Origin: Blastocystis sp. Blastoise
Lineage: Eukaryota; Protista; Bigyra: Opalinata
Direction of reading: 5' to 3'
DNA: 64,000 bases
Assembly: GCA_039096225.1 (NCBI GenBank)
Contig: JBBPEB010000024.1
Span: 1-64,000 of the forward strand
Position numbers and translations under genes: made by a program. Below are positions 20,760 to 32,771 of this stretch, one piece after another. The notes under the pieces are model-generated. The model searched no databases. It saw only the letters and a list, made by a program, of their open reading frames with translations, and was not told the DNA's origin. Numbering within the stretch: the first letter of the stretch is position 1; each line of letters opens with the position of its first letter.

Positions 20760-20936
20760 TGTTGTTCTTTAAAATATTTCAAATCAAAAAATGAATTTGA
20801 TATCTTTTAAATTCACCCCTGGATTTCTTTTTTCATTATAAAAATTTAATAAATAAAATATACCCCCATGATTATAATTTTTTTTATTTTTTTTTAATTT
20901 AAAATATTTCTCATTTTTATTTTATTTTTGGAAAGA

Positions 20937-21349
20937 ATGAGTGAAGGTGCTTTCAGATTATTGAATTTCAAGGAAAAGTCAAATTAGTAAATATTTAAGA
21001 TATATATATATATTAATTATATAGTTCCGTTGAAGAACTTAATCAAATTAAGAAAGATCTTTGTGAATCATTAAGATCTCAATTAGTAATGACTAAATTA
21101 AGTATTGATATTATAAAAAGGAATTGTCAACGTACTAAAGGAAACCAGTATTTATTAAGTAAGCAAATGATGAAATACTTTGATAAAGAATATTCTCCAG
21201 CAATTAATAAAGCTTTAAATTTAATTGAAGAAAGTGATGATAATATTATGAATACAATTAATAAAAATAAAGAAGATTTTATTAATTTTGATAAATGTTT
21301 TGATAAGATGCTTGATTATCAGTCTAGAATATCGAAATATCTTAATTAA
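20937..21349 (+). CDS. Small hypothetical protein with 38-nt intron (20987-21024)
   Basis: ATG 20937 exon spliced GTAAAT...ATATAG in frame with ORF 21089. Confidence 0.7.
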
Positions 21350-21531
21350 AATAATTGAATTCCTGTTAGTATTTTTTTATTTATTTTTTAAATTTTTAAA
21401 CCACTAAAATCGAATATTCTTTTTTAATATTTATAAAAAGAATAATTAGAACTGACTCTATTTAAAAATATATTTTAATAATTTCACATAATTTATTTAT
21501 TTTTTAATTCTTTAAAAGTGGATATTTACGA

Positions 21532-21816
21532 ATGGATAAGGAAATTAATAACACCCAGGATGTATGTAAAGATGTTGAAATGGATTCAGATCATCCTAAA
21601 ACCCCTAAGAAGCCCCGCCAACCCCGTGCAGTCTCAATAATTAAACGTAAAGGTGAAGATATTCAAGTTATTCCTGATTATTTACTGGTTTTCCTTAAGA
21701 ATTTTAAAGTTATGCTTGATGATCTGCTAATGAATGATATGACCCAACGTCAGAAAATTGATGAATTATTTGAAAATGATGAATCATCAAGTTCTAAAAG
21801 AAAAAGAACTGCTTAA
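21532..21816 (+). CDS. Small hypothetical protein (PKTPKK, C-terminal KRKR NLS-like)
   Basis: ORF with ATG and downstream TGTTTTGTT. Confidence 0.65.
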   Translation: MDKEINNTQDVCKDVEMDSDHPKTPKKPRQPRAVSIIKRKGEDIQVIPDYLLVFLKNFKVMLDDLLMNDMTQRQKIDELFENDESSSSKRKRTA

Positions 21817-22091
21817 TTTGTCTTAAAATTATCATTAATTAATAAAATTTTGTTTTGTTTTCTTTAAAACTATTGGATAAATATCTTTAAGCCCATAATA
21901 CACAACTCTATTAATTTTTTATAATAAAATGTAATTTAACCCCTGGATAATAACATTCCAGCCCCTGGATTGTTTCTCTATTATTTTTTAATAATAAACT
22001 TTCAATACCCCCTGGATCACTAAAAACGAAATCTTTTTTATTTTATTATAAATTTATTTTCATATTTATTTATATTTATTTGGTGAAAAAA

Positions 22092-22328
22092 ATGAAATTT
22101 TCGTTACAACACGATTTGATGACTGCTTGCTTAAATATTAAAAGATTGCAGCGTATGATCACAAAGATGCAGGAGGAAATAGATGATATGGTTGATACTA
22201 TTGGTAGAATTAATGATACTGTTCTAGAAGATTATTTAGAATTAACTGATGAAGATGATGATATTGAAGATCCTCCAAAATCACCAAGAAGCCCTCGAAG
22301 TATGGTCGAAAAAATCTTAAAATTTTAA
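22092..22328 (+). CDS. Small coiled-coil/acidic protein with SPRSPR
   Basis: ATG at 22092; downstream TGTTTTGTT. Confidence 0.6.
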   Translation: MKFSLQHDLMTACLNIKRLQRMITKMQEEIDDMVDTIGRINDTVLEDYLELTDEDDDIEDPPKSPRSPRSMVEKILKF

Positions 22329-22428
22329 TTCATCTGCTTTTTATTTTTATCATATGAGTTTTAAATATATTCAGTTTTCTTTTGTTTTGTTTCTAAAACT
22401 TCACATAATTATTTTATTTTGATAAAAA

Positions 22429-23364
22429 ATGAGAAATAAAAATTTTGATGCCATTAAGTTAGCAATAATCAAAAGTACCTATTGTGCTGGAAGTAAACGT
22501 AAATTTGCTATTATTATAGAAAAATATATTGAATATTTGCCTTGGGAAAAATTTAAGCAATTCTTGGAAAATCCTTATGCTTTTGCTGATGAATTGGTGA
22601 ATAAGAAGTTTATCAAGATTCATGAACTACTGAAATTATCTGAATTAATCTTATATTTAATAAAGGTAAAACACTTTGAATCTAATTTTTGTGAAGATAT
22701 TCATAATGATTGGTTAGAATTTAAAGATATTATTAAGAGTGCTTATGAACAATCCCTTCGTGAAAAGAAATCTGCTAGAATAGAAAATCTTCGAAAAGAA
22801 TATCCAAATATAGAATCATTGGAATGTAAACGTGATGAATTAGATAAAGATGATATACTTAGAATTATTATTGATTTATATATATTATGTCCTCCTCAAC
22901 GTGCTGATTATGGTATATGTTCTATTCAAACACCAGAAACTGTAACTAATAAAATGAGAAATTATATCATTTTTGATAAGAATAATGAAACTGCTGAAAT
23001 TCATCTGAAAGATTATAAGACTTCATATAAATATGAAGAAATTATAATTAAGAATAATGATAAGTTATATGAAGACATGAACTATATGTTAGAAAAAGAA
23101 CCTGGTAGAATGTTTATATTTGAAAAGACTCCTGGTAAACCATTTTGTGATGTTAAAGATTATGATAGATATATTAATAATCATTTACGTAGATTACATC
23201 CAGAATTAACTATTAATGGTTGTCGTTTCTATTATGCTACTACAAATTGTACTTCTTTTTCTTCTTTAAGAGATGATTCTGATAGATTAGCTCATACTAA
23301 AAGAACTCATATTGGCAGTTATGTATCTTTTACTCAAAGTGATTTGTATAGAAAATTAATTTAA
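22429..23364 (+). CDS. Tyrosine recombinase A (element 2)
   Basis: PPQRADYG, YKT, NGCRFYY, LAHT, THIGSY. Confidence 0.85.
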   Translation: MRNKNFDAIKLAIIKSTYCAGSKRKFAIIIEKYIEYLPWEKFKQFLENPYAFADELVNKKFIKIHELLKLSELILYLIKVKHFESNFCEDIHNDWLEFKDIIKSAYEQSLREKKSARIENLRKEYPNIESLECKRDELDKDDILRIIIDLYILCPPQRADYGICSIQTPETVTNKMRNYIIFDKNNETAEIHLKDYKTSYKYEEIIIKNNDKLYEDMNYMLEKEPGRMFIFEKTPGKPFCDVKDYDRYINNHLRRLHPELTINGCRFYYATTNCTSFSSLRDDSDRLAHTKRTHIGSYVSFTQSDLYRKLI

Positions 23365-23453
23365 TTATTATTTATTTATTTAAAAAAAAGTTGTTTAGTT
23401 TTAAAATAATTATTTTATTATAACAAAACACAATAATTATAAAAACATATATA

Positions 23454-23939
23454 TTAATGACAATTATTATTAGAGAATAAATTAATAGGATTAGGAGAAA
23501 AATTATAATTATTTAAGACTTCATTAGTAGACGGCAAGGAGTAGAAATCTTCATGATTTTGTATATCTTTTGGAATAGGGATATTAACTTGTTTTTCAAG
23601 TTGTGTAGATAAATGAGGCATCGTTTCAGAATTAACAGGATTTGAGATAGGAGACGTGACATTGATTTGATTTTTTTCTTTGTTTCTTGAGTGTTCTTCA
23701 ATTTCATAATATAAATTATCTAAAGTATTTTCTAAATATTGTTTTTGTTCAGGATTAGAAATATAAATGATTAAATTTCTAATAGAATCTAATTCTCTTT
23801 TTTGTATTGGACGAGTATGAAAATTAAGAAATTGTTCAATCAATTTAAAGAAATCATTTCCTTTACATTTACATGCATCTAATTGAAGACTTTTAATATT
23901 TTTTGAGAATGTTGGCCACGGTAGAGGTTGACGATACAT
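23454..23939 (-). CDS. Conserved hypothetical protein
   Basis: Orthologue of 4631-5050. Confidence 0.75.
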   Translation of the reverse strand: MYRQPLPWPTFSKNIKSLQLDACKCKGNDFFKLIEQFLNFHTRPIQKRELDSIRNLIIYISNPEQKQYLENTLDNLYYEIEEHSRNKEKNQINVTSPISNPVNSETMPHLSTQLEKQVNIPIPKDIQNHEDFYSLPSTNEVLNNYNFSPNPINLFSNNNCH

Positions 23940-24008
23940 ATTAATTAAAAAATAAATAATTATGATTAATGTTTTAATCTAATAAAATATATTCGTTTTT
24001 ATATTCGT

Positions 24009-24605
24009 TTATGTAGGTATGATGGTACCTAAACTAGTTAAATATAATAATGCATAATAGAAACATCCATTAGAGTTTGATGCAGTACTTTGGAATTGAA
24101 TAGGGTTGTATTGAGTATTATGTGTCTTAATAAATTGTGGAGAAAATTCTGGAGAATTCCCAAGACTGGAATAGAATTTCATATGTTCTGGACTTTCATA
24201 GATAACAGCTTCAAAATGACCGAAATTAGGGTCATCTTCAGATTGATGAAATAACATATTAAAGTTAGATTTTATATTATCAATATTATGTTCAAAATCA
24301 TTTAAATTATCCCAATATTTCCATGAACCTTTACATTGTGTATTCAGATTTTTCATTGTAGAATCTGCTATATCGCATGCAACAGGGTCACATGGATTAT
24401 TTAAATATCCATATTTATATATTTTTGAAATTAAGTTTCTATTAATTATACCAGATAATTGAGCCAATGATTTAGCTATACTATCCAGAGGTTTAGGCTG
24501 ACTAGATAATTGTTTATCAGAATAAATTTTTGTATTACAATTTAATTTATCTTGAATAATATCTTCATCAGGGCTCACTTTTAAACCTCTGGTTGGTAGT
24601 TTTTT
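24009..24605 (-). CDS. Maturation cysteine protease (element 2), probably reached by -1 frameshift
   Basis: FGHFEA, YSSLG, QFQS...NGCFYY; no ATG for conserved N-part; slippery heptamer 24605-24599. Confidence 0.8.
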   Translation of the reverse strand, partial: KKLPTRGLKVSPDEDIIQDKLNCNTKIYSDKQLSSQPKPLDSIAKSLAQLSGIINRNLISKIYKYGYLNNPCDPVACDIADSTMKNLNTQCKGSWKYWDNLNDFEHNIDNIKSNFNMLFHQSEDDPNFGHFEAVIYESPEHMKFYSSLGNSPEFSPQFIKTHNTQYNPIQFQSTASNSNGCFYYALLYLTSLGTIIPT

Positions 24606-25699
24606 TGTAATCCAGCTCCTTCACCACAACCATTTTGTTGACATTGTCGTTTAGCAGCTTTATATTTTTGCATATATTCATAAAAGGCACGACCACATAA
24701 TTTTCTTGGTTTTTTTAATCCAGAAGCATTATTAGGTTGCATTGCTTCTGCTAATGCTCTTTTCTTTGCTTCTATTTCTTGTTCTTGATAAACATTATCT
24801 ACATTATTATCTAATTTATTATTTTCATTGGCTTTTCTCCAAAATTCAGGTGTGAATATTTTACCAATTGCACGTGGAATTGCTGCAATATTATTTCCTA
24901 AATTCGTGACACCATCTTTTATTGCATTTGGATTAGTTGCTAATCCTTCAAATGCTTTTGAAGCCGCACCAATACCAGCTAACATTGTAAGGAATCCACC
25001 ACCTTCTTTCCAAAATTTTCCACCACGACGTACAGTACATCCGTTACCACTTGAATCACCTGAAAAATTAATATAAGAACACAATTGTCTTTTTGAGGGT
25101 CTTTTAATACCACATCCAACTTTATTTAACCCTTTACCACCTAAATTCATGGTACTTGCTATACTTCTTATAATTGAAGGTGGAATTAGCATTCCAGCAC
25201 GAATTCTATGTTTTGACCATTTCTTATAATCTTTCATAGCTTCTTGAGAATAGCCAGCTGCTTTTAATACACCTTGACCAATTGAATTATATAATTTTGA
25301 CATTTCTGCTTTATTAAAAGCTAATCCATTTCCATTTTTTGGTTCTAAAGCATCTGATTCTGAAATTACTTTTTTATTTGTAATTCCACGTCCATTTCTT
25401 TGAATACCTATTCTTGTAACTGGATTAGCAACAACCAATGAACCACCAGAATCACCATTATTATCACCAAACATTTTATCTCGATTAACATAATTATCAA
25501 CATTACCATTATTTACATTTTGTGTTTTTAATTGTCTTGTCTTTGCAACACTATTTTCAGGTATTGCTACCATTAATGGATTATGCCTTTCAGCATTATT
25601 TAATGGTTGTGTAATATAATTTCTATTTTCTTTTCCATGTCCTAAATGAATAATACCTTTATCACCTGGACTTGGATATTTTAATATAGTTTGTTCCAT
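24581..25699 (-). CDS. GxG-rich core protein paralogue A (element 2)
   Basis: ATG 25699 (MEQT..YPSPG); shares QPL...NPL, LIPP.I, G.AFYEYMQ with 2481 ORF. Confidence 0.65.
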   Translation of the reverse strand: MEQTILKYPSPGDKGIIHLGHGKENRNYITQPLNNAERHNPLMVAIPENSVAKTRQLKTQNVNNGNVDNYVNRDKMFGDNNGDSGGSLVVANPVTRIGIQRNGRGITNKKVISESDALEPKNGNGLAFNKAEMSKLYNSIGQGVLKAAGYSQEAMKDYKKWSKHRIRAGMLIPPSIIRSIASTMNLGGKGLNKVGCGIKRPSKRQLCSYINFSGDSSGNGCTVRRGGKFWKEGGGFLTMLAGIGAASKAFEGLATNPNAIKDGVTNLGNNIAAIPRAIGKIFTPEFWRKANENNKLDNNVDNVYQEQEIEAKKRALAEAMQPNNASGLKKPRKLCGRAFYEYMQKYKAAKRQCQQNGCGEGAGLQKNYQPEV

Positions 25700-25733
25700 A
25701 TATATATAATAAAAAATAAATAAAAAATAAATA

Positions 25734-26534
25734 TTAAGCAATTTTAATTGTTACATCTGAATATTCATCATAATTTTTAATATTAAATTTATTCTTACGA
25801 ATATATCGTAAAACCTCTTTATAATATACATTATTTCGACCTAATTCAACAAGCATATTCTCATTATCAGATAAGTATATATGTAATGTTTCAGGAGCAG
25901 ACTTTAAATAGTTTATTAACTTATTGTTATCAAATATTATAGGTATATATTTATCATACATATTCATATAGGGTGGGTCCATATAAATAATACCATTTTG
26001 TATATTTTTAAGTAAATCATGATAATAATCACCACAAATAAATGAAACAGGCTGAATTAATTCTGAAATTTCTTTCAAATCATTTTCAGTATAAATAATA
26101 GGATTAGTATAATTACCATAACCAACATTAAATTTTCCTTCACGATTTATTCTCCATACACCATGATAACATGTTTTATTTAAATACAGAAATAATGCAG
26201 CACGTTCTATAGAATCTTTACTTTCATTAAATATTGTTCTATATTTATAATAATGTTCACAATCTGTTTTATCATGAATATTTTTTAAATAATCAACAAG
26301 AAGTCTGTAATCTAATTGAAGTATTTTCCAAAAATTAATTAAATCTGAACACATATCACATGCAAAATATTTTCGAGTAATATTATTAGTTTTATCAAAT
26401 TTTAATACATTAATTAATATTGTTCCACCACCTAAGAATGGTTCATAATAATCTAAATTATTATTAAATCGTTCTTTAATAACAAAATCAGAAACAATAT
26501 AATCTTTATTTCCAACCCATTTTAATAATGGCAT
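25734..26534 (-). CDS. dam: Dam-like DNA adenine methyltransferase (element 2)
   Basis: LKWVGNK, YYEPFLGGG, YLNKTCYHG, YMDPPY. Confidence 0.93.
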   Translation of the reverse strand: MPLLKWVGNKDYIVSDFVIKERFNNNLDYYEPFLGGGTILINVLKFDKTNNITRKYFACDMCSDLINFWKILQLDYRLLVDYLKNIHDKTDCEHYYKYRTIFNESKDSIERAALFLYLNKTCYHGVWRINREGKFNVGYGNYTNPIIYTENDLKEISELIQPVSFICGDYYHDLLKNIQNGIIYMDPPYMNMYDKYIPIIFDNNKLINYLKSAPETLHIYLSDNENMLVELGRNNVYYKEVLRYIRKNKFNIKNYDEYSDVTIKIA

Positions 26535-26672
26535 TTTATTTTAAGTTATTAAATTAATTATTTATGTCATTTGAATAATTATTAGAAACAAAACACATAA
26601 AAAATATAAAATAATTAATAATTTAACAATATAAGAAAATAAGAAAAATATATATAAAAAATTACATAATAA

Positions 26673-27986
26673 ATACCTTATAAGAAAGAAGATATGATAT
26701 TTAAAGAATTATTAATTTCTACTCCATTTATTCCTGATTATTTTGAAAATGATGATGCAATGAAAGCTATACATAAATTTGAAGAACATATAAATAGATA
26801 TGCTGGATTTAATCATGAATATGCTAATTATTTAATGCAAATATTATGTAGTTCTTTCTATTATGATTCTAATAAAGGATTTTCTTATTTGTTTTATGGA
26901 CCAGATGGTGCTAATGGAAAAACACTAACAGGTGATTTATTATCTTCGATAATTGGTGATAACCAAGCAATTACTGTGAATCCAGGTAATTTTGAATCAA
27001 AAGAAACACAACCTAAATTAATTGAAATGAGTAATAAACTTATGTATTACGTAAATGAATTAGATGAAGTATCTAGTAGTAAATTCAGTAATCCCGTAAA
27101 TGTATTTAATACTCGAATATTTAAAGAATTAGCTGAAAAGAAATCAGGAGCTTCAGCGAGAAATTTATATTCGAAATCATATGATTCTATTAATTATACG
27201 GGAACATTATTTATTACGTCAAATATTCAACCAGGTTCTCGTAATACTCAACCATTACTTCGTCGTGTTTGTTTCCTTTACGGTGTTTCTCGATATTATG
27301 ATAAGGCAGACCGTAACTTATACGAGATTGAATATAAGAATGACGAAAATAATTCGTTAAAAAGAATTATGATAATTCCCGAAGATTCAAATATGCCGAA
27401 AAGATATAAACCGAATCATTACCCGATGGACCCTTCGATAAAAGATTATTTCGAAAATTATAAATCCTATATATTCTCGTATCTTGTCGATAATTATTTT
27501 TATTTAAGTACAAAATTAACGATAGGGAAACTCGATAGTTGTAAAATAATGGCTGAATGTAAATCACAATTTATCGAGAAATCCAATAGTTTATACGATA
27601 TGGATGAATTTGTCGAGAAACAAATATCTGTCGACCCTTATATGTTGAATGTCGTAAGCCTCGATGATTTATTTAATGTTTATCTTAGTCATACCTTCGA
27701 TAGAAAATTTACGTTAAAGAAAGATAAAGAGACTTTTCGTAAATCATTTTTTGGTTGTTTACAGAATAAACCACAATATATTTGTATCGATATGCATAAT
27801 TTAGATTTGACACACAAATCCGAATATTATGTTGGTAACCAATTACGTGGAATCCTAGGATTACTAATTAATAAAAGATACAATGAAAAAGTATTGTTCA
27901 GTCATTATTGTGAAATGAATAAAGGACGTATTGGTCATCCACCTAATGAAGATGGATACTTTAATGGATTTCAAAATAAAATATAA
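26673..27986 (+). pseudogene. D5-like SF3 helicase, N-terminally truncated (no primase domain)
   Basis: Walker A GPDGANGKT, Walker B YVNE, ARNLY, motif C ITSN, LLRR; frame closed by TAA just upstream of IPYKKEDMI. Confidence 0.85.
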
Positions 27987-28106
27987 TAATTATTTTTTTA
28001 ATTTTTTTTATTCGTTTTATTTTATTGTTTAGTTTAAATCATTCGAAATACAATAATTTATATTAACAAAACAATATAAAAATATAATCATTTTTTTTTT
28101 ACAAAT

Positions 28107-29942
28107 TTAACAATAGAATTTACAATTAAAAAAATTATTTTTTTTGTGTGGTATTTTTGTTCTAAATAATCCTAAACCAATAGAACGGGTAAATAAATGT
28201 GTTCTTGGAACACAAATGCCACTACCAATATTTTCATTATTATCATTTTCATTTAAATATCCAGGATGTTCATTTCTATGAGGTCTTTTATCAGGTACAA
28301 GTGGTTCATGACGACATTCCCATTGGTTAATTGCGCTTGCAGCAAATGTTTCTCTGGTTGTTCGGACTTTATAACGTCTATTTATATCATATTGATTGGT
28401 TAATTCATGACATTTTGAAATATATTTTTCATAATATTGTTTATGTTGTAATGTAATATTTTCAATTTCCAATCCTTCTGATTCTTTAGGAACATCATTA
28501 TTTAAATCAATTAAATTTGGATATTTATTATTTTTTAAATCATCATAATATTGTTGAACTTTTTCTTTAAATTCATTTAAACCATTTAATGAAGAAATGA
28601 ATATTGTTGATGAACCAGGTTCTTTACCTAATAATTCAGGTCCAAATACATCTGTATAATCTTCATGATAAGTATCTAATCTTTGAATAAAACGGTCATA
28701 AATTAATTTATCTCTTTCTTTATCATCTTTATCCATCATCATAAATAATGAATCTTCAGTTAATGGAATTTGTCTTGTAATATTATCTAATACTTTTATA
28801 TGTTTTCCACCTTCTAATAAATATGGAGAAATATAATTATTCATATGTGTTGTTTGTGAATGAAGAATTTTTGAAATACTATTTACAAATACACGAATAG
28901 CTTTTCTATGTTCATCTGGATTTCCTGTACCTTCAAGTATTTTCATTTGCCTATAATAATGTTGTGCAAATAAATGACGAATCATATCACAACCAGTAAT
29001 TAATTGTTTTTCTTGATTATATTCATTTGTATAATGATATAATTCTCCTAAATGGTCTTTTATATAATCACCAAAATTACTATCATTAACTGGACTATCA
29101 AGTCTATCTCCGGAAGTAAATAAATAATTACGGGGACATAAACGTAATGATCTAGCTAAAACATTCATTAATTCTTCAGTTATATATTGTAATGTAGGAT
29201 ATAAGTTATAACCAATTTCAAATTTATTTTTAGTATCATTTACGTGTATAGTTAATGTATTTAAATCAATATAATTTGTACTTTTACGTAAAGTTAATGG
29301 GATTACATCACCTCTTCTATATATTCGACATATACCATAATCATTTCTACAACATAGACAATCATAACATAATACTAATAAATATGAATTAACATAAAAT
29401 AAATCATTTGGATGTTCAATATAATTTTGTTTACAACGTTGTATTAATTGACCCCAATCACATTTTGCACTAATAATTTTATTTGTATATTCTTTATGAC
29501 GAAGATTTGTTGCATCAACATTTAAAGAACCAAAATGTTGAGTCCACTTTTTAATATTTTTATTACTAAATACAGAATGTCTTAATATATCATTATCATC
29601 TGTACATAATTCAATATTTTTCATTATATAAGTAAACATTTGCATATAATTTGATATTGTTGTAACTGACAAACCTCCTTGTTGTCCACGTGCAGATGTA
29701 GGTAAATTCATTAATGTTTCTTGAAATGCTTCAGGATTTCCAAGAATTTCAATACATAAATATGTTTTGGGGTCTAAATTTCCTTCTTCAATACCTTGTT
29801 GCATTTTTACAGATATATTATGTATCCAATTTTTCCAATTAATACTAGTTGATTCTTGTATCTTTCTAAAATGTCTTAATTGATTAACACACATTACAAA
29901 AAAATCTTCACATTCTTGTGGAGAATCACCACGTGATTGCAT
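28107..29942 (-). CDS. Tyrosine recombinase B (element 2)
   Basis: CRNDYG, DTKN, DMIRHLF, ILH, THMNNY. Confidence 0.8.
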   Translation of the reverse strand: MQSRGDSPQECEDFFVMCVNQLRHFRKIQESTSINWKNWIHNISVKMQQGIEEGNLDPKTYLCIEILGNPEAFQETLMNLPTSARGQQGGLSVTTISNYMQMFTYIMKNIELCTDDNDILRHSVFSNKNIKKWTQHFGSLNVDATNLRHKEYTNKIISAKCDWGQLIQRCKQNYIEHPNDLFYVNSYLLVLCYDCLCCRNDYGICRIYRRGDVIPLTLRKSTNYIDLNTLTIHVNDTKNKFEIGYNLYPTLQYITEELMNVLARSLRLCPRNYLFTSGDRLDSPVNDSNFGDYIKDHLGELYHYTNEYNQEKQLITGCDMIRHLFAQHYYRQMKILEGTGNPDEHRKAIRVFVNSISKILHSQTTHMNNYISPYLLEGGKHIKVLDNITRQIPLTEDSLFMMMDKDDKERDKLIYDRFIQRLDTYHEDYTDVFGPELLGKEPGSSTIFISSLNGLNEFKEKVQQYYDDLKNNKYPNLIDLNNDVPKESEGLEIENITLQHKQYYEKYISKCHELTNQYDINRRYKVRTTRETFAASAINQWECRHEPLVPDKRPHRNEHPGYLNENDNNENIGSGICVPRTHLFTRSIGLGLFRTKIPHKKNNFFNCKFYC

Positions 29943-29987
29943 TTTATTTATTTTTATATAATAAAAATAATTTTTTTTAAATTAAAT

Positions 29988-32702
29988 TTATAAATAACTT
30001 ATAGTTAATTTTACTATACATTTACATTCACTTCTTATTGCATAAATATTCACTTTAGGTAATTGATATAAACATTGTCTATTACAATGATATATATTTT
30101 GTTTAATACTAGATTTAACACTTTCATAACTTTGGTCTATATTATAGAAATATGGTAGATTTTCTTTATTAACTATATGTAGTATATTTTGATAATAATT
30201 ATTACTAGCATATAAGTATATTTTATATTGCCCTTTTTCTTCTATATTATCAGATATAACTTGTATATTTGTTAAATATGCATTTTGATATTGACTATTC
30301 TTTTGTAATTGAAATGATAATGTTGAAATTTCATTAAAATCACAATAAACTTCATCATAATCATTAAATTTTACTATATTTTGTTCAGGTTCACAAATAC
30401 ATAAGGCTATAGTACCTTTAAATAATTTTGTAAATCTTAATTGTATTATTTGTTGAATAGTAATTGGAGCATTAATACAACTATAATGTAAATAAGGTGT
30501 ATTTGTTTGAAATATAAAATTAGGTTCTGGACTTCCATTAATATAACAACAATTAATTTGTTCATCTGTTGTAACAGATTTATTTAAAATAATTACATCT
30601 TTAATTACTTTTTTTTCTAAATTAACTGTAGGTAATGTTTTTGTAAATATAATATCTTGTGTTTCACAACTAAGACATAAATTCTTTATTGTTTCATGAG
30701 GAAACATAGCATTAATACTATCTCTTAATTCTATAAACCCATTTAATTCAGTTCCATCATTAATTTTTATATAATTTCCATAAAAATCACTAAATCTAAA
30801 CCATAATTCATTAATATGTGTTAATCCAGGATGTACTTTAGTATTTACCATTTCATGTAATTGATTATTACCTATTGGATTACTTATAGGTATACTACAT
30901 AATGCATTAGAACTATTATCTACTAAATTACTATGACAACGTAACATTGATTTTCCTTGTGTTATATCAGCTGGATTTTCACTTATAATAATAGAATTAT
31001 CAATTATATCTGTTTTATAATATCTAACAAATGTATATGTATATTTTCTTGTTGTAGAAAAATCTGTTATTTGTATTTTATCATAAGGATAATTTGTTTT
31101 TATAAAATACCATGAATGTTGTTGATTATATGACCCAATGTATTTTTTTCCATCTAATCCATAATATTCTTTATTTGATTCAACTGTAAATATAGTAATT
31201 TCTATTTCATTATATGAATACCAAAGACGTATTTTATTTAATGTAGCAAAATCTGTCCATATACTATTTATACCTAATAATGTTTTTTCTATTAATTCTA
31301 TATCTATATAACTACCTTCAGGAACTAAGGTTGTACGTTCAGTTGTTGCATTATTTATTTTAAATGTATTATTTGTAGAATTTATTGTAATTGGTAAATA
31401 TATTAGTGTTTGAGATATTTCAGCTTTATAAATTGTATTTTTATATCCTAAAATCTTTTGTATATTAGGTCCCATAGAAAAATCAAATGATTTTCCAACC
31501 ATATAAACATGACCATAAGGAATATTATATTCATTAACTCCACCAATACCTGTAGAAGGATTTGTTGGTTTTGCAGGACTTTGTGGTTCTTGACCATCTG
31601 AATTTAATTTATAATTAATATAATATAAATTTAATGGTTGCGTTCCACCAAAACTAGTATATAAAGGTATATTTTGATTATATCCCTTATAATATGATAA
31701 TGAATTATCCAATCCTTGACTATAAAATTGATAACATTGTGTATTTTCATTATTTGTATCTGTTATTCTCCAACCAGGTAACGATAAATCTTGTTTTAAT
31801 ATTAAATTATCCTATTCTTTATGAATAGAAACTCCTAATGCAGTATAAAATTCTGCTTCTGTATAATCACCAGTAGGAACAATAATTAATTTCTTATCAT
31901 TTGTTGGAACATGAACTAAAAATATTTTATTATGTTCTTCATCAATATGATATTTATTGGTTCTACTAAATTTATATGTATTTTTCTTAACAACATCATA
32001 ATCGGTAATACAGACATTATCTATTACTTTTAATTGACTATCAGTTGAACTACATACAAAATAAAATGTATCTTTATAACTATATGAACCAGTATATGTA
32101 ACACCATCATAATATGTTTTTGTTTCATTAGCTTTGGCAATATACATAGTAATAGCATTTAAATCATATGTAATAAACCAATATAATTTCTTTTGAGCAA
32201 TACCATCCCATATATTAGACATTTGTTTTGTTAATTCTTGCATATATTCATAATCATAATAATCTCCATTAGGTATTGTTAATGTATATACTTTATCATA
32301 CATCCATATTTCAAATTTATTATTATTTTCATTAATTGTAAATTTTGTTTCAATTGGTTCTGGATATGTTTCTATTCCATATGTTTTAATAGTATTCACA
32401 GGATTAGAAGGTAATGCTATTTGAAATCCATATGCTTTTAAGATATCTGCTAACGTATAATAAGTATTAGGATATAAATATGTGTAAGAACCATTATAAA
32501 AATTCACTGTTTCTTGATTATTCATATTTGTATAAAAAACAGGAATATTTGTATTTCCTTTTAAATTTAAATCAACAAATCCAATAGTATCAGATTGAAC
32601 ATCAATATTATCATCTAGAGATACCCTAAATTCATTATTTTTACATATTGCATGAATAGGTATTATTTGTGTTTTTATTCGAGGGTCACTATCTTCAACC
32701 AT
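29988..32702 (-). pseudogene. Large minor-capsid/penton-like protein with in-frame TAG at 31812-31814
   Basis: Both listed ORFs share one frame; TAG aligns with Trp in element 1 (SIEW vs HKE*). Confidence 0.65.
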
Positions 32703-32771
32703 TTAAATTAATTATTTAAAATTAAATAAATTTAATTTTATAGAAAATTTTTAGAATAAAAATTATTAATA

